A stretch of DNA of 32,000 bases from Candidatus Hadarchaeota archaeon (GCA_964514965.1 CAZETV010000001.1:723063-755062), one strand, 5' to 3'; counted from the stretch's first letter, positions 17,478 through 25,578 are shown. Program-made: numbers and translations. The notes: generated by a model from the sequence alone, not told the origin.

Positions 17478-17987
17478 TTGTGTAAAGAGATACTAGACCT
17501 AATCATCTGGGCACTTTGGTTCATCTTGCCAGCCTATGTAGCGAATGCTACGCCAGTGGTACTGAATGGGACCAAACCAATCGATGGCGGCAAAAAATTT
17601 ATCGATGGTCGCCAACTTTTCGGCCCCGGTAAAACGTGGTATGGGTTCATTGCTGGCACCGCTACCGGTACTTTGGTTGGACTAGTTCAAGGATTTATCA
17701 ATGGAGGGCTCTCACACTATCTTTTGCTCGGCTTCCTGCTCGGCCTTGGCGCGCTAGTAGGTGATTTGCTAGGGAGTTTCATCAAACGCAGGCTCGGCAT
17801 CAAGCGTGGAGATGCGGCACCGGGTATGGATCAACTCGGCTTTGTACTTGTCGCCTTGCTCTTAGCAAGTCTGGTGGCCTTACCGAGTTGGGAGGTAATC
17901 TTAACAATACTTATTATAACACCACCAATTCACCTAGCAACGAACTTCGTAGGATATAAGCTCGGATTTAAAAGCAGGCCCTACTAG
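17478..17987 (+). CDS. carS: CDP-archaeol synthase (CDP-2,3-bis-O-geranylgeranyl-sn-glycerol synthase, DUF46 family)
   Basis: 169-aa polytopic ORF with WFILPAYVANATPVV, GKTWYGFIAGTATG and GDLLGSFIKRRLGI motifs typical of CarS. TTG start preceded by GGAGAGGT. Confidence 0.75.
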   Translation: MCKEILDLIIWALWFILPAYVANATPVVLNGTKPIDGGKKFIDGRQLFGPGKTWYGFIAGTATGTLVGLVQGFINGGLSHYLLLGFLLGLGALVGDLLGSFIKRRLGIKRGDAAPGMDQLGFVLVALLLASLVALPSWEVILTILIITPPIHLATNFVGYKLGFKSRPY

Positions 17988-18123
17988 CACTGCTGTACTG
18001 GGCCTCTTTAAACATTAGATAATTATTAGACTCCAATGAAAAACTAAAACGGCTGCTATCAAACGACCGTATTTGTAATGATAACTTTTAATCACTTGGT
18101 GTTCCAGTTTATTTGGTTATAAA

Positions 18124-18294
18124 ATGGGCAAAGTTGCCGGTGTCTGCGCGATATGCGGGCGAACAAGCACTGATGTTTATCGATGCAGTGTGTGCGGCTC
18201 TATGGTCTGTTCAAGATGCTTCATGCATGACATCAAAGTCTGCAAACAGTGCTTGAGGAGGGGGCTCTGGATCAGTGATAGAGGATCCCAATAA
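18124..18294 (+). CDS. Zinc-finger miniprotein (56 aa, four CxxC pairs)
   Basis: Below the ORF-track cut-off. Reads MGKVAGVCAICGRTSTDVYRCSVCGSMVCSRCFMHDIKVCKQCLRRGLWISDRGSQ*, with Cys at 8/11, 21/24, 29/32 and 40/43. AT-rich TTTTAAT lies about 25-30 nt upstream of the ATG, so the transcript may be leaderless. Confidence 0.6.
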   Translation: MGKVAGVCAICGRTSTDVYRCSVCGSMVCSRCFMHDIKVCKQCLRRGLWISDRGSQ

Positions 18295-18342
18295 TTTTGT
18301 GAAAGTATGAGTTAGGACGGAGTGTCGTTGCTCACCGAGAAA

Positions 18343-18758
18343 ATGTCAGAGCAAGTAGAAGAACTTCTTAGTGAGCTGAGGGAAAGCGCTAGTGCTGGCG
18401 TGCCAATTTTAGTGGAGGGAATGGATGATGAAGGGGCCCTACGTAAACTCAACGTGAAAGGACAGATTTTCAGAATATCAAACAGCAGCAAAACTCGCTG
18501 AATTTTCTTGAGAGTTTGGCTGGCTTCAAACAAATTATAGTTTTAACCGATTTTGATCATGCTGGTGATAAACTCGCAAAATTCTGCGTCGTACATCTAA
18601 AGAGACTTGGGGTGGAGCCCGTAGTTGAGTTTCGGAAGAAGCTTAAGGCGCTCCTCCACAAGGACATCAAGGATATCGAGGGACTCGCAAAGTTCCTGCA
18701 CACCCAAAGCGCTGCCCTCAAGCGTCAGCTACTTTCTCCCCGGCTACCCGCGACATGA
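18343..18758 (+). pseudogene. Small Toprim-domain protein (UPF0292-like) interrupted by a frameshift at an A4 run (18490-18493)
   Basis: The N-terminal half, in frame 1, reads MSEQVEELLSELRESASAGVPILVEGMDDEGALRKLNVKGQIFRISNSSKTR* with its stop at 18499-18501. The C-terminal half is in frame 0, open from 18447, and reads ...NSLNFLESLAGFKQIIVLTDFDHAGDKLAKF...IKDIEGL. Together they give the Toprim E...DxD architecture. Adding one A to the A4 run restores a single ORF. Confidence 0.75.
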
Positions 18759-19341
18759 ACTTCCTAACTATAGAGGGTTTTATGCCCATCCACACGAGTT
18801 TTGCCTCGATTTCATTCTGCGATTTGCCTTGTTCCTTCAGCTTCAAATAGAGCTTCTTCATCGTCTCGGATATCTCGTGAGGAAAACAGACCCAAGCATC
18901 TGTACTGCGCACGAAAAAATCTGGTTTTAGAATTGACCATGGCTTATAGTAAAGTGTACAAATTTTGATCTCCGCCGCGCCTTGCCCGGCTAAGTGCTTC
19001 TTAACGAGCTTGAGGCTTTTCCCTGAATCTGCGATATCATCAATCACCAAAATTTTTTTACCCTTGACCTCGACGGGAAGGGATTGCGTAATCTTCGGCT
19101 TCGTGTGTGTCTTATAAATATCGACGTAATACTCGACCTTGATGGTGGCGATGTTCGGGTTCTCAAGTAAGTCAGACAAAACTCTCCCAGGAATCCACCC
19201 GCCCCGGGATACCGCCACGAGCAGGTCGGGCTTGTAACCGCTGCGCCTGATTTGGCTCGCGACCTGGATGCAGAGCTCGTAAATAAAGTTCCAGCTCGGC
19301 ACCTCGTATTTCTCAGGTTTTTTAGGGGCTGGCATGGACAC
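18718..19341 (-). CDS. Purine phosphoribosyltransferase (hypoxanthine/guanine/xanthine PRT-like)
   Basis: Contains LLVAVSRGGWIPGRVLSDLL and the PRPP-binding loop KILVIDDIADSGKSL. 207 aa from GTG at 19341 (alternative ATG at 19335). Confidence 0.75.
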   Translation of the reverse strand: MSMPAPKKPEKYEVPSWNFIYELCIQVASQIRRSGYKPDLLVAVSRGGWIPGRVLSDLLENPNIATIKVEYYVDIYKTHTKPKITQSLPVEVKGKKILVIDDIADSGKSLKLVKKHLAGQGAAEIKICTLYYKPWSILKPDFFVRSTDAWVCFPHEISETMKKLYLKLKEQGKSQNEIEAKLVWMGIKPSIVRKFMSRVAGEKVADA

Positions 19342-19395
19342 GCGGTTTTATTGGGTGTGCTAAGTCTTTAAAATTTATGTTGGTCTCGCAAGCCA

Positions 19396-19980
19396 CTATA
19401 ACACAATGAACCCTAACAAAAACATGACAATTCCGGCAGTTAGAGGAACTATTAAATTATCATCCAGTATCCATCTCATCCCGGATTCAATGTCTATGCC
19501 TTCCACGAACATCGCGATGGATGCAGCAACGAGAGCTGTTAAGGGGAAGACAAATAACATCGCGCCCAAGGCACCGGCGATAGCGCCGACGATATGCCCC
19601 TCTATAAACTTGGTATTGCTAAAAGGATGCTTCACCCTGCCCACGCTCTTTCCAACCAGATGAGACAGGGAATCCCCCAATGCGCACACCATTATCGACG
19701 CCATTGCGATTGGCTTATCAAAAATCAAAACGACAACGAAAGCCCCAATGACAAAGAAAAAGGATCCCTTGCCAGGAAAAATTTTCATAACCTCCGGTCT
19801 TTCAAAACGCTCTAAGCACCAGTATATAATGGGAATCCTGTATTTCCTGCTCAAGAGAATTAAAACAAAGCCTGCCATCAATATTGCCAGCAGACCCCAC
19901 TCATTCAGCACGTCAAGATATATCAACGCAACTATCGCGACACCCACAGTTACATGAAACAGCTGCCGTCTCATTTCCAT
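19396..19980 (-). CDS. Polyprenol (dolichol)/phytol kinase family membrane protein (SEC59/COG0170-like)
   Basis: 194-aa polytopic ORF. The C-terminal pattern ALGDSLSHLVGKSVGRVKHPFSNTKFIEGHIVGAIAGAL resembles the GD..A..VG...G.......KS.EG signature of CTP-dependent polyprenol kinases. Its start overlaps the PAP2 stop by 10 nt. Confidence 0.55.
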   Translation of the reverse strand: MEMRRQLFHVTVGVAIVALIYLDVLNEWGLLAILMAGFVLILLSRKYRIPIIYWCLERFERPEVMKIFPGKGSFFFVIGAFVVVLIFDKPIAMASIMVCALGDSLSHLVGKSVGRVKHPFSNTKFIEGHIVGAIAGALGAMLFVFPLTALVAASIAMFVEGIDIESGMRWILDDNLIVPLTAGIVMFLLGFIVL

Positions 19981-20543
19981 TTTTCTGCCCCGAGATAGAT
20001 TATGGATAGACCAACCAGATATCCGAGTAGTCCCCCAAATATGATATCGCTGAGGTAGTGCACACCCAAATAGAGTCTAGTGAATCCAATAAAGCAGGCA
20101 AAACCGACCCAAAACCACTTCAGTTTGGAGAATCCTCTATTAAGAACAGGTACCGCCGAGAAAACGGTCGCCGTGTGGCCACTGGGAAATGAAAAACCTG
20201 CAGCAGCGATGAGCCCTAATTCAGGTCTCTGTACCGCAAAAACGCCTTTGAATAGATAGGTTAGCCCTACCGCTACCACAACACTCAACATCAACGGCGG
20301 AGCCCACTTTTTTTTACCGCACACCCAAAAAAGCAAAACGGGAATTAAAATCACAACGACGGCGACAGCCAGCCAATCCGTCGCCAAAATCATGAACTCG
20401 TTTAGAATGGGGGTTCTGAAGTCGGCGAAAAATCTCACGACATGATCATCTACCGCAAAACTTAGGAGGCCCAGAACTGCAACTACCCCACTTAAAAAAA
20501 TAGTCCTTTTATCCATCAAAATTTCCCACCTTAACGAACCCAC
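19971..20543 (-). CDS. PAP2 family (type 2 phosphatidic acid / polyprenyl-diphosphate) phosphatase
   Basis: PAP2 motifs KGVFAVQRP, SFPSGHTA and LGVHYLSDIIFGGLLG. The track start is GTG at 20543; the ATG at 20516 (MDKRTIFL) is an alternative. Confidence 0.8.
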   Translation of the reverse strand: MGSLRWEILMDKRTIFLSGVVAVLGLLSFAVDDHVVRFFADFRTPILNEFMILATDWLAVAVVVILIPVLLFWVCGKKKWAPPLMLSVVVAVGLTYLFKGVFAVQRPELGLIAAAGFSFPSGHTATVFSAVPVLNRGFSKLKWFWVGFACFIGFTRLYLGVHYLSDIIFGGLLGYLVGLSIIYLGAEKWK

Positions 20544-20668
20544 TATAGCGCTGCCACTGACTTATAGATTTTTAAACAACCCCGTTCTGTATGATTCACA
20601 ATCTTTAACAAAATTTGAACCACAGCCTTTTTAGGTGGGTAAACATAATTGGAAGTAATCATCAACTC

Positions 20669-20721
20669 AAGCCAGAATCACCATCAGGCTCATTCTGGCT
20701 TTCGAGGGCGTGGTGCCCTTG
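20669..20721 (+). promoter_or_regulatory. Two adjacent stem-loops in the dnaG upstream region
   Basis: Hairpin 1 is a perfect 10-bp stem AAGCCAGAAT (20669-20678) / ATTCTGGCTT (20692-20701) with a 13-nt loop. Hairpin 2 is a 7-bp stem at 20703-20709 / 20715-20721 (CGAGGGC / GCCCTTG, one G-T pair) with loop GTGGT. They lie 60-110 nt upstream of the SD-led ATG at 20782. Confidence 0.35.
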
Positions 20722-20781
20722 AAAGAAAAAACACTACAAGAAATAATAGCTGAGCGAATCGGAAAAAAGGAGGTTTCCGTT

Positions 20782-21951
20782 ATGCGAGAGGATATTGGTA
20801 CGACTAAGTATATCATCCACGCCAAGATAGCGGCGAGCGGCGTGGTGGAGCGCCCCGATGTAGTGGGCGCAGTTTTTGGACAAACTGAAGGTTTACTGGG
20901 AGATGAGCTAGACCTACGCGAGCTGCTCAAGACCGGTAGGATAGGACGCCTTAAAGTGGACATCAGCTCAAACCAAGGAAAATCGTCAGGCACGATAATG
21001 ATCCCCTCAAGCCTTGACCGGGTCGAAACGTCGATCATTGCTGCAGCACTTGAAACCATCTCTCGGGTAGGACCATGCGAGGCGACAATAAAGGTCGAAC
21101 GAATCGAAGATGTGCGCGACGCTAAACGGAAGTTCATCGTAGAGCGTGCAAAAGAGATTCTTGAGTTCGTCGAGAAGGCTGCTCCTGAGACTCAAGAGAT
21201 AGCCGAGAGAGTCAAGAAGTCCGTGCGCCTTGAGGAGATTACCGAATACGAGGGTTTACCCGCGGGCCCGGGAGTGCGTAGTTCCGATGCGATAATAATC
21301 GTCGAGGGGCGAGCTGATGTGTTAAACTTGCTTCGCGCGGGCATCCAAAACATCATCGCCATCGAGGGAACTAGCATACCCAAGGCAGTGATTAACCTGA
21401 GCAAGGGCAAGACAGTGACGGCTTTCCTAGACAGCGATAGAGGTGGGGACCTAATCCTGAAGGAACTGCTCCAAGTTGCCAGCATCAACTTCGTTGCGAG
21501 ACCGCCAAAAAACAGTAGCGTAGAGGACCTTACGCGAAAGGAAATAATCAAGGCGTTGCAAAACAAGGTGCCTCTCGAGCACGCGCTGGCCGAACTCCGA
21601 AGGAAGCCCGCAGCAGAAGCAGAACCTTCTGCTAAAGAGGAGACCCAAGAGTTACAAAAACTGAAAGGTGTTATCGGCAAACTACGCGGCACTCTGAGAG
21701 CACAGCTACTTGACAAAAAACTCAATCAAATCGAAGAGGTTCAAGTGAGGGAACTAAAGGAACTACTGCCCAAGGCCTCGGAAGTTAAAGCTGTGGTGTT
21801 CGACGGTGTTGTAACCCAAGAGTTGGCGGACATGGCAGCCAAACAAGGCGTGCAATACGTTGTCGGAATGCGCTCGCGTGTCGAAGTGACACCAAAAAAC
21901 TTGCGCGTCCTAACAATAGAAGATCTTCGAAAGTCGGGACACCAAAGATAG
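20782..21951 (+). CDS. dnaG: Archaeal DnaG (Toprim primase-like protein, exosome-associated)
   Basis: [40 protein letters not shown] is the typical archaeal DnaG N-terminus. The Toprim region reads [13 protein letters not shown]...[12 protein letters not shown] chose the ATG at 20782, which has GGAGG 8 nt upstream, over the track's GTG at 20710. Confidence 0.92.
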   Translation: MREDIGTTKYIIHAKIAASGVVERPDVVGAVFGQTEGLLGDELDLRELLKTGRIGRLKVDISSNQGKSSGTIMIPSSLDRVETSIIAAALETISRVGPCEATIKVERIEDVRDAKRKFIVERAKEILEFVEKAAPETQEIAERVKKSVRLEEITEYEGLPAGPGVRSSDAIIIVEGRADVLNLLRAGIQNIIAIEGTSIPKAVINLSKGKTVTAFLDSDRGGDLILKELLQVASINFVARPPKNSSVEDLTRKEIIKALQNKVPLEHALAELRRKPAAEAEPSAKEETQELQKLKGVIGKLRGTLRAQLLDKKLNQIEEVQVRELKELLPKASEVKAVVFDGVVTQELADMAAKQGVQYVVGMRSRVEVTPKNLRVLTIEDLRKSGHQR

Positions 21952-22410
21952 CTAGACCTTAACGTTGTAGTCCATTATCACGGCCGTTTCGCCGTCCTCA
22001 TAATAGTAGGGAATCTCCCCCCGCGGCCGAAAGCCGAGCTTTAGGTAGAACCGCTGAGCCTTAACGTTGCTCTTTCGCACTTCTAGACGCACGATTTTCA
22101 CCCCCCTCTCGTGGAGGCGGCCAATGATTTGCTTCATGAGGGCCGAACCAACGTTCTGCTTTTGATAGAGTGGGTCAACACCTATGGCTAAAATGTGACC
22201 CTTCATTTCCCATCGGATTACCCCGATCACGTAGCCCACTACTTTTCCATCAACTTCGGCCACGAGGAATCCATCGGGGTGCATCGCGTATAGATGGTTG
22301 AGAAGGCTTAGCGGGTAGGGGTCCTTAAAGCACTTGTACTCTATGCTCAAGATTGCTTGCATGTCGTTTGAATTTAGGGCCCGAATCTGAACGAGCCGTT
22401 GGGTTACCAC
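21952..22410 (-). CDS. rimI: GNAT N-acetyltransferase, RimI / archaeal Nat (Ard1)-like
   Basis: 152 aa with GYVIG......GHILAIGVDPLYQKQNVGSALM (acetyl-CoA Q/RxxGxG/A motif) and LEVRKSNVKAQRFYLKLGF. GTG start. Confidence 0.75.
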   Translation of the reverse strand: MVTQRLVQIRALNSNDMQAILSIEYKCFKDPYPLSLLNHLYAMHPDGFLVAEVDGKVVGYVIGVIRWEMKGHILAIGVDPLYQKQNVGSALMKQIIGRLHERGVKIVRLEVRKSNVKAQRFYLKLGFRPRGEIPYYYEDGETAVIMDYNVKV

Positions 22411-22544
22411 AGGAACATCTCAATTACGTTTTAAGCGATTATGGATAAAATCATTTGGATATAATATGGTGCCGCCAAAGTATTATGGAAACAGGCCCCA
22501 ATACTAAACGACTTATATCTTGGAGGAAGCCCGAGGTGTAAAAA

Positions 22545-23252
22545 ATGGGATTATTTGATAAAATCCGAGATGCTGTAGGGCTAGGACCACAGAAACCTCC
22601 ACCAAGATTTAAGCCATTCGAGGTCGTTGAAGAGCAGAAAGGGTCTTACGCAAATTTCGAACGAACGCTTCAGAAATACGGCTTGATTATGCTCATCGTA
22701 GGGAGACGCGGGGGCGGAAAAACTGCTCTCGGGATGCAGTTCCTAGCTTGGTTTAACCATGTTGCTCGGCGGAGATGTTATGGAATTGGATATAACTCCG
22801 CAAAGTTGCCGCGATGGGTCCACAAAGCGAACTACATTGAAGATATTCCGAATGACTCTGTTGTACTCGTCGACGAAGCCGCGATTTTATTTTTCTCGCG
22901 TGAGACAATGACCTCGATGAACAAAATGCTTACCAAGCTCATGGCAATCGCACGCCACAAGAACCTGTCGATGGTGCTTATAACTCAAAGCTCGGCCCTG
23001 ATCGAGATTAACGTGCTTCGCTTGGCAGATGTGCTTCTGCTTAAGGAACCATCATTACTTCAGGCAAGGTTTGAGCGAAAGGCCTTACAGGATATCTTCT
23101 CCACTGTCAGCAAAACGTTTAAAAAAATAGATGACTGCGTAAGCCATTTCTATGTATACTCCGATGAGTTTGAAGGGCTCGTGCATTACAGCTTGCCGTA
23201 TTTCTGGAACGACAGTATAAGCCGCTCCTTTCGAGAATTCCGCAGCAGGTAA
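22545..23252 (+). CDS. Minimal P-loop NTPase of uncertain family (Zot / FtsK-HerA-like features)
   Basis: 235 aa. Walker A is GRRGGGKT (aa 53-60) and Walker B is VVLVDEA (aa 106-112). Downstream MAIARHKNLSMVLITQSSALIEINVLRLADVLLLKE resembles the (H)RH.G.D..LITQ....I block of Zot/pI-type and HerA/FtsK-type ATPases. The N-terminal ~30 aa are Pro/Lys-rich and probably disordered. GAGGTG lies upstream of the ATG. Confidence 0.6.
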   Translation: MGLFDKIRDAVGLGPQKPPPRFKPFEVVEEQKGSYANFERTLQKYGLIMLIVGRRGGGKTALGMQFLAWFNHVARRRCYGIGYNSAKLPRWVHKANYIEDIPNDSVVLVDEAAILFFSRETMTSMNKMLTKLMAIARHKNLSMVLITQSSALIEINVLRLADVLLLKEPSLLQARFERKALQDIFSTVSKTFKKIDDCVSHFYVYSDEFEGLVHYSLPYFWNDSISRSFREFRSR

Positions 23253-23281
23253 CGCATGCCACTGATATCCGGGGTTAACAA

Positions 23282-24346
23282 ATGCGGGTGGTCCATAAAG
23301 ATTTGAAGCATGGAAAAATCAAGCTCGTGGTCGAGACGCTTGATGATCTCTGGCACCTCCAGCAACTAGTCGAACCCAACGATATCGCGACTGCTCAAAC
23401 TTGGCGTAGGGAGCAGGAAGTTGGAGACCGACTCAGGCCGGAACGGCTGAAGAAGCTGCGCGTAACTTTATCTATCCGTGTTGAAGGCATCGAATTTCAC
23501 AAACATGCAAATCGCCTCCGCCTGCTAGGCACGATACTCAGTGGACCCGATGTCGGAAAACATCACTCCTTCAGCTTGGAGCTTGGGTCTGCACTTGCCA
23601 TTACAAAAAATTGGCGACCAGACCACCTCAACCGCATCAAGGAGGCCGTTCGAGCCAGCCGTCGTCCACGTGTCCTACTCGTAGCACTCGACGATGTTTC
23701 AGCAGATTTCGCTTTGGTTCGTCAGTATGGACTCGATGAGATTGGCATGATTTCTCAAGCGAGAATGGGCAAGCGATACGATGTCGAACGGGAAGCGGAC
23801 GAACGAAAATTCTTCCAAAAACTTGCTGCGGCGATGAACGACATCATCTCACGTGAGAACGTTCGAGCTGCTATAGTTGCTGGCCCGGGATTCACCAAAG
23901 ATACATTCGTAAATTTTCTGCGTGAGAAACACCCAGAACTAATCTCGAAAGTAATACATGATAATGTCAGTTCGGGGGGCAGAGCTGGACTCTACGAGAT
24001 TGTGCGTCGCGGGTTAGTCGAGCGGGTATCACGAGATAATCGTGTTTCATTTGAGACATCGCTGGTCGAACGTTTAATGATGGAAATCGCGAAGAGTGGG
24101 CCAGCCACCTATGGTGAGGCAGATGTCAAGCGAGCTGCATCGCTTGGCGCTGTCGAGAACCTGCTGATCGCGGATGAGACGCTTCGACGGAATCGAGCTG
24201 GCGTCGAGGGAGTGCTGGAACAGGTACGAAGGACGCGAGGACAAGTAACCGTGGTGAGCACTGATCACGACGCGGGGAAACAGTTGTTGGCGCTGGGCGG
24301 CGTGGCAGCCCTACTCAGGTTCAAGGCCCAAAACTCAAAAGATTAG
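23282..24346 (+). CDS. pelA: Pelota (Dom34 homolog; mRNA surveillance / ribosome rescue factor)
   Basis: MRVVHKDLKHGKIKLVVETLDDLWHLQQLVEPNDI N-terminus and 354-aa length. The eRF1-like central/C-terminal pattern (AIVAGPGFTKD..., ATYGEADVKRAASLGAVENLLI) is typical of Pelota. Confidence 0.92.
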   Translation: MRVVHKDLKHGKIKLVVETLDDLWHLQQLVEPNDIATAQTWRREQEVGDRLRPERLKKLRVTLSIRVEGIEFHKHANRLRLLGTILSGPDVGKHHSFSLELGSALAITKNWRPDHLNRIKEAVRASRRPRVLLVALDDVSADFALVRQYGLDEIGMISQARMGKRYDVEREADERKFFQKLAAAMNDIISRENVRAAIVAGPGFTKDTFVNFLREKHPELISKVIHDNVSSGGRAGLYEIVRRGLVERVSRDNRVSFETSLVERLMMEIAKSGPATYGEADVKRAASLGAVENLLIADETLRRNRAGVEGVLEQVRRTRGQVTVVSTDHDAGKQLLALGGVAALLRFKAQNSKD

Positions 24347-24403
24347 AGAAGAGTTACCTCAAAGGTTATTTATGCGGCATTCCCTTAAATTTTGAGGTGA
24401 AAC

Positions 24404-24697
24404 ATGACAATTCCGCCTGAGTTAGCCTGGATCGTTCCAGTTGTCATACCGTTTATCATAGGGTTACTAGTCGGTGCTGTGGCCAAACGTACTTTTAAGT
24501 TGATAGTGGTTGTCGCCGCTCTCGTAATCGTCCTCGTCGCTACTGGTGTCGTGAGCTTGACCTTCCAAGATGTCTACGACAAAGCGATGGAGTTCCTGCC
24601 GAGATTAATTGACCTTGGAGGGGGGCTGAAGGATGTTCTGCCGTACACGTCAGTGGCGTTCTTGATAGGTCTTGCGCTAGGGTTGTGGAAAGGTTAG
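24404..24697 (+). CDS. Small hypothetical membrane protein (about 3 TM)
   Basis: 97-aa ORF with hydrophobic helices (WIVPVVIPFIIGLLVGAV, LIVVVAALVIVLVATGVV, VAFLIGLALGLW). GAGGTGA lies just upstream of the ATG. Confidence 0.55.
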   Translation: MTIPPELAWIVPVVIPFIIGLLVGAVAKRTFKLIVVVAALVIVLVATGVVSLTFQDVYDKAMEFLPRLIDLGGGLKDVLPYTSVAFLIGLALGLWKG

Positions 24698-24733
24698 GCT
24701 AAAGTTATTCACCACAGCGTTAAAATTAGTTAG

Positions 24734-25510
24734 ATGATCGCAACTCCAATTCGCAACGTGCCAGCACTAATGATCAAGTCGGGCAAGGAGCGCTCACTTA
24801 TCGTCGCAGACTTGCACTTAGGCATCGAATGGGAACTAGCGAACAAGGGCGTCTCACTGCCTAGCCAGACCCCAAAGGTTAAGGAACGGCTCTTAAAGCT
24901 CATCAAGAGACGGATGCCAAATCGCCTGATCCTCTTGGGCGATGTCAAGCACAACGTTCCCATCGCCAGCTGGCAAGAGTGGCACGAACTCCCAAGCTTC
25001 TTCGGGGAGCTGACGACGATAGTTCGCGTCGAAATCATGCGCGGAAACCATGATGGCGGGCTGGAAGGGATGGTGCCACAAGGGATAAAAATTCATGGTG
25101 CGCGGGGCATAGTACTCGGCAAGCGAAAGCGCGTGGGGCTGATGCACGGCCACACTTGGCCTTCGCCAGAGTTATTCAACACAAAACTGCTCGTGACAGC
25201 ACATAACCACCCTGCGGTCGAGTTCCGTGACGAAATCGGGGGGCGAACGACCGAGCCTATTTGGCTCCGAGCCAAACTAGATGCATCGAAGTTTCCGAAA
25301 AAGATTAAGGGGCAGATCAATGGCGAATTACCAGAGCTACTCGTGATGCCAGCGTTCAACGAACTTGTTGGAGGTGCCGCAGTTAATCGAAGAATACCCA
25401 AAGAATTAATCGGCCCGATGTTCAAAGCTGGTGCCGTGGAACTTGAAAAAGCTGAAGCTTACTTGTTGAACGGCACTTTTTTAGGCGAAGTACATGATTT
25501 GAGAAAGTGA
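24734..25510 (+). CDS. Calcineurin-like metallophosphoesterase (archaeal SbcD/Mre11-related small phosphoesterase type)
   Basis: Ordered metallophosphoesterase motifs: VADLHLG, LLGDVKHN, GNHD, MHGHTWP and AHNHP; 258 aa. Confidence 0.8.
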   Translation: MIATPIRNVPALMIKSGKERSLIVADLHLGIEWELANKGVSLPSQTPKVKERLLKLIKRRMPNRLILLGDVKHNVPIASWQEWHELPSFFGELTTIVRVEIMRGNHDGGLEGMVPQGIKIHGARGIVLGKRKRVGLMHGHTWPSPELFNTKLLVTAHNHPAVEFRDEIGGRTTEPIWLRAKLDASKFPKKIKGQINGELPELLVMPAFNELVGGAAVNRRIPKELIGPMFKAGAVELEKAEAYLLNGTFLGEVHDLRK

Positions 25511-25578
25511 AAATGTGTCATCTCTAAAAGTTTTTATGTTGGTGCGACATTAAGCTTCGGGGGAATTCAACGGTAGAT

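Noticed and set aside
20710-20781. The track's GTG start for dnaG (extra 24 N-terminal residues [24 protein letters not shown])
   Set aside because: The ATG at 20782 has a perfect GGAGG 8 nt upstream and yields the family-typical N-terminus ([11 protein letters not shown]). The extension is probably untranslated leader.
20667-21725. Minus-strand ORFs 20667..21137 and 21192..21725
   Set aside because: They are antisense to dnaG, have low-complexity Ser/Arg-rich translations and show no motifs.
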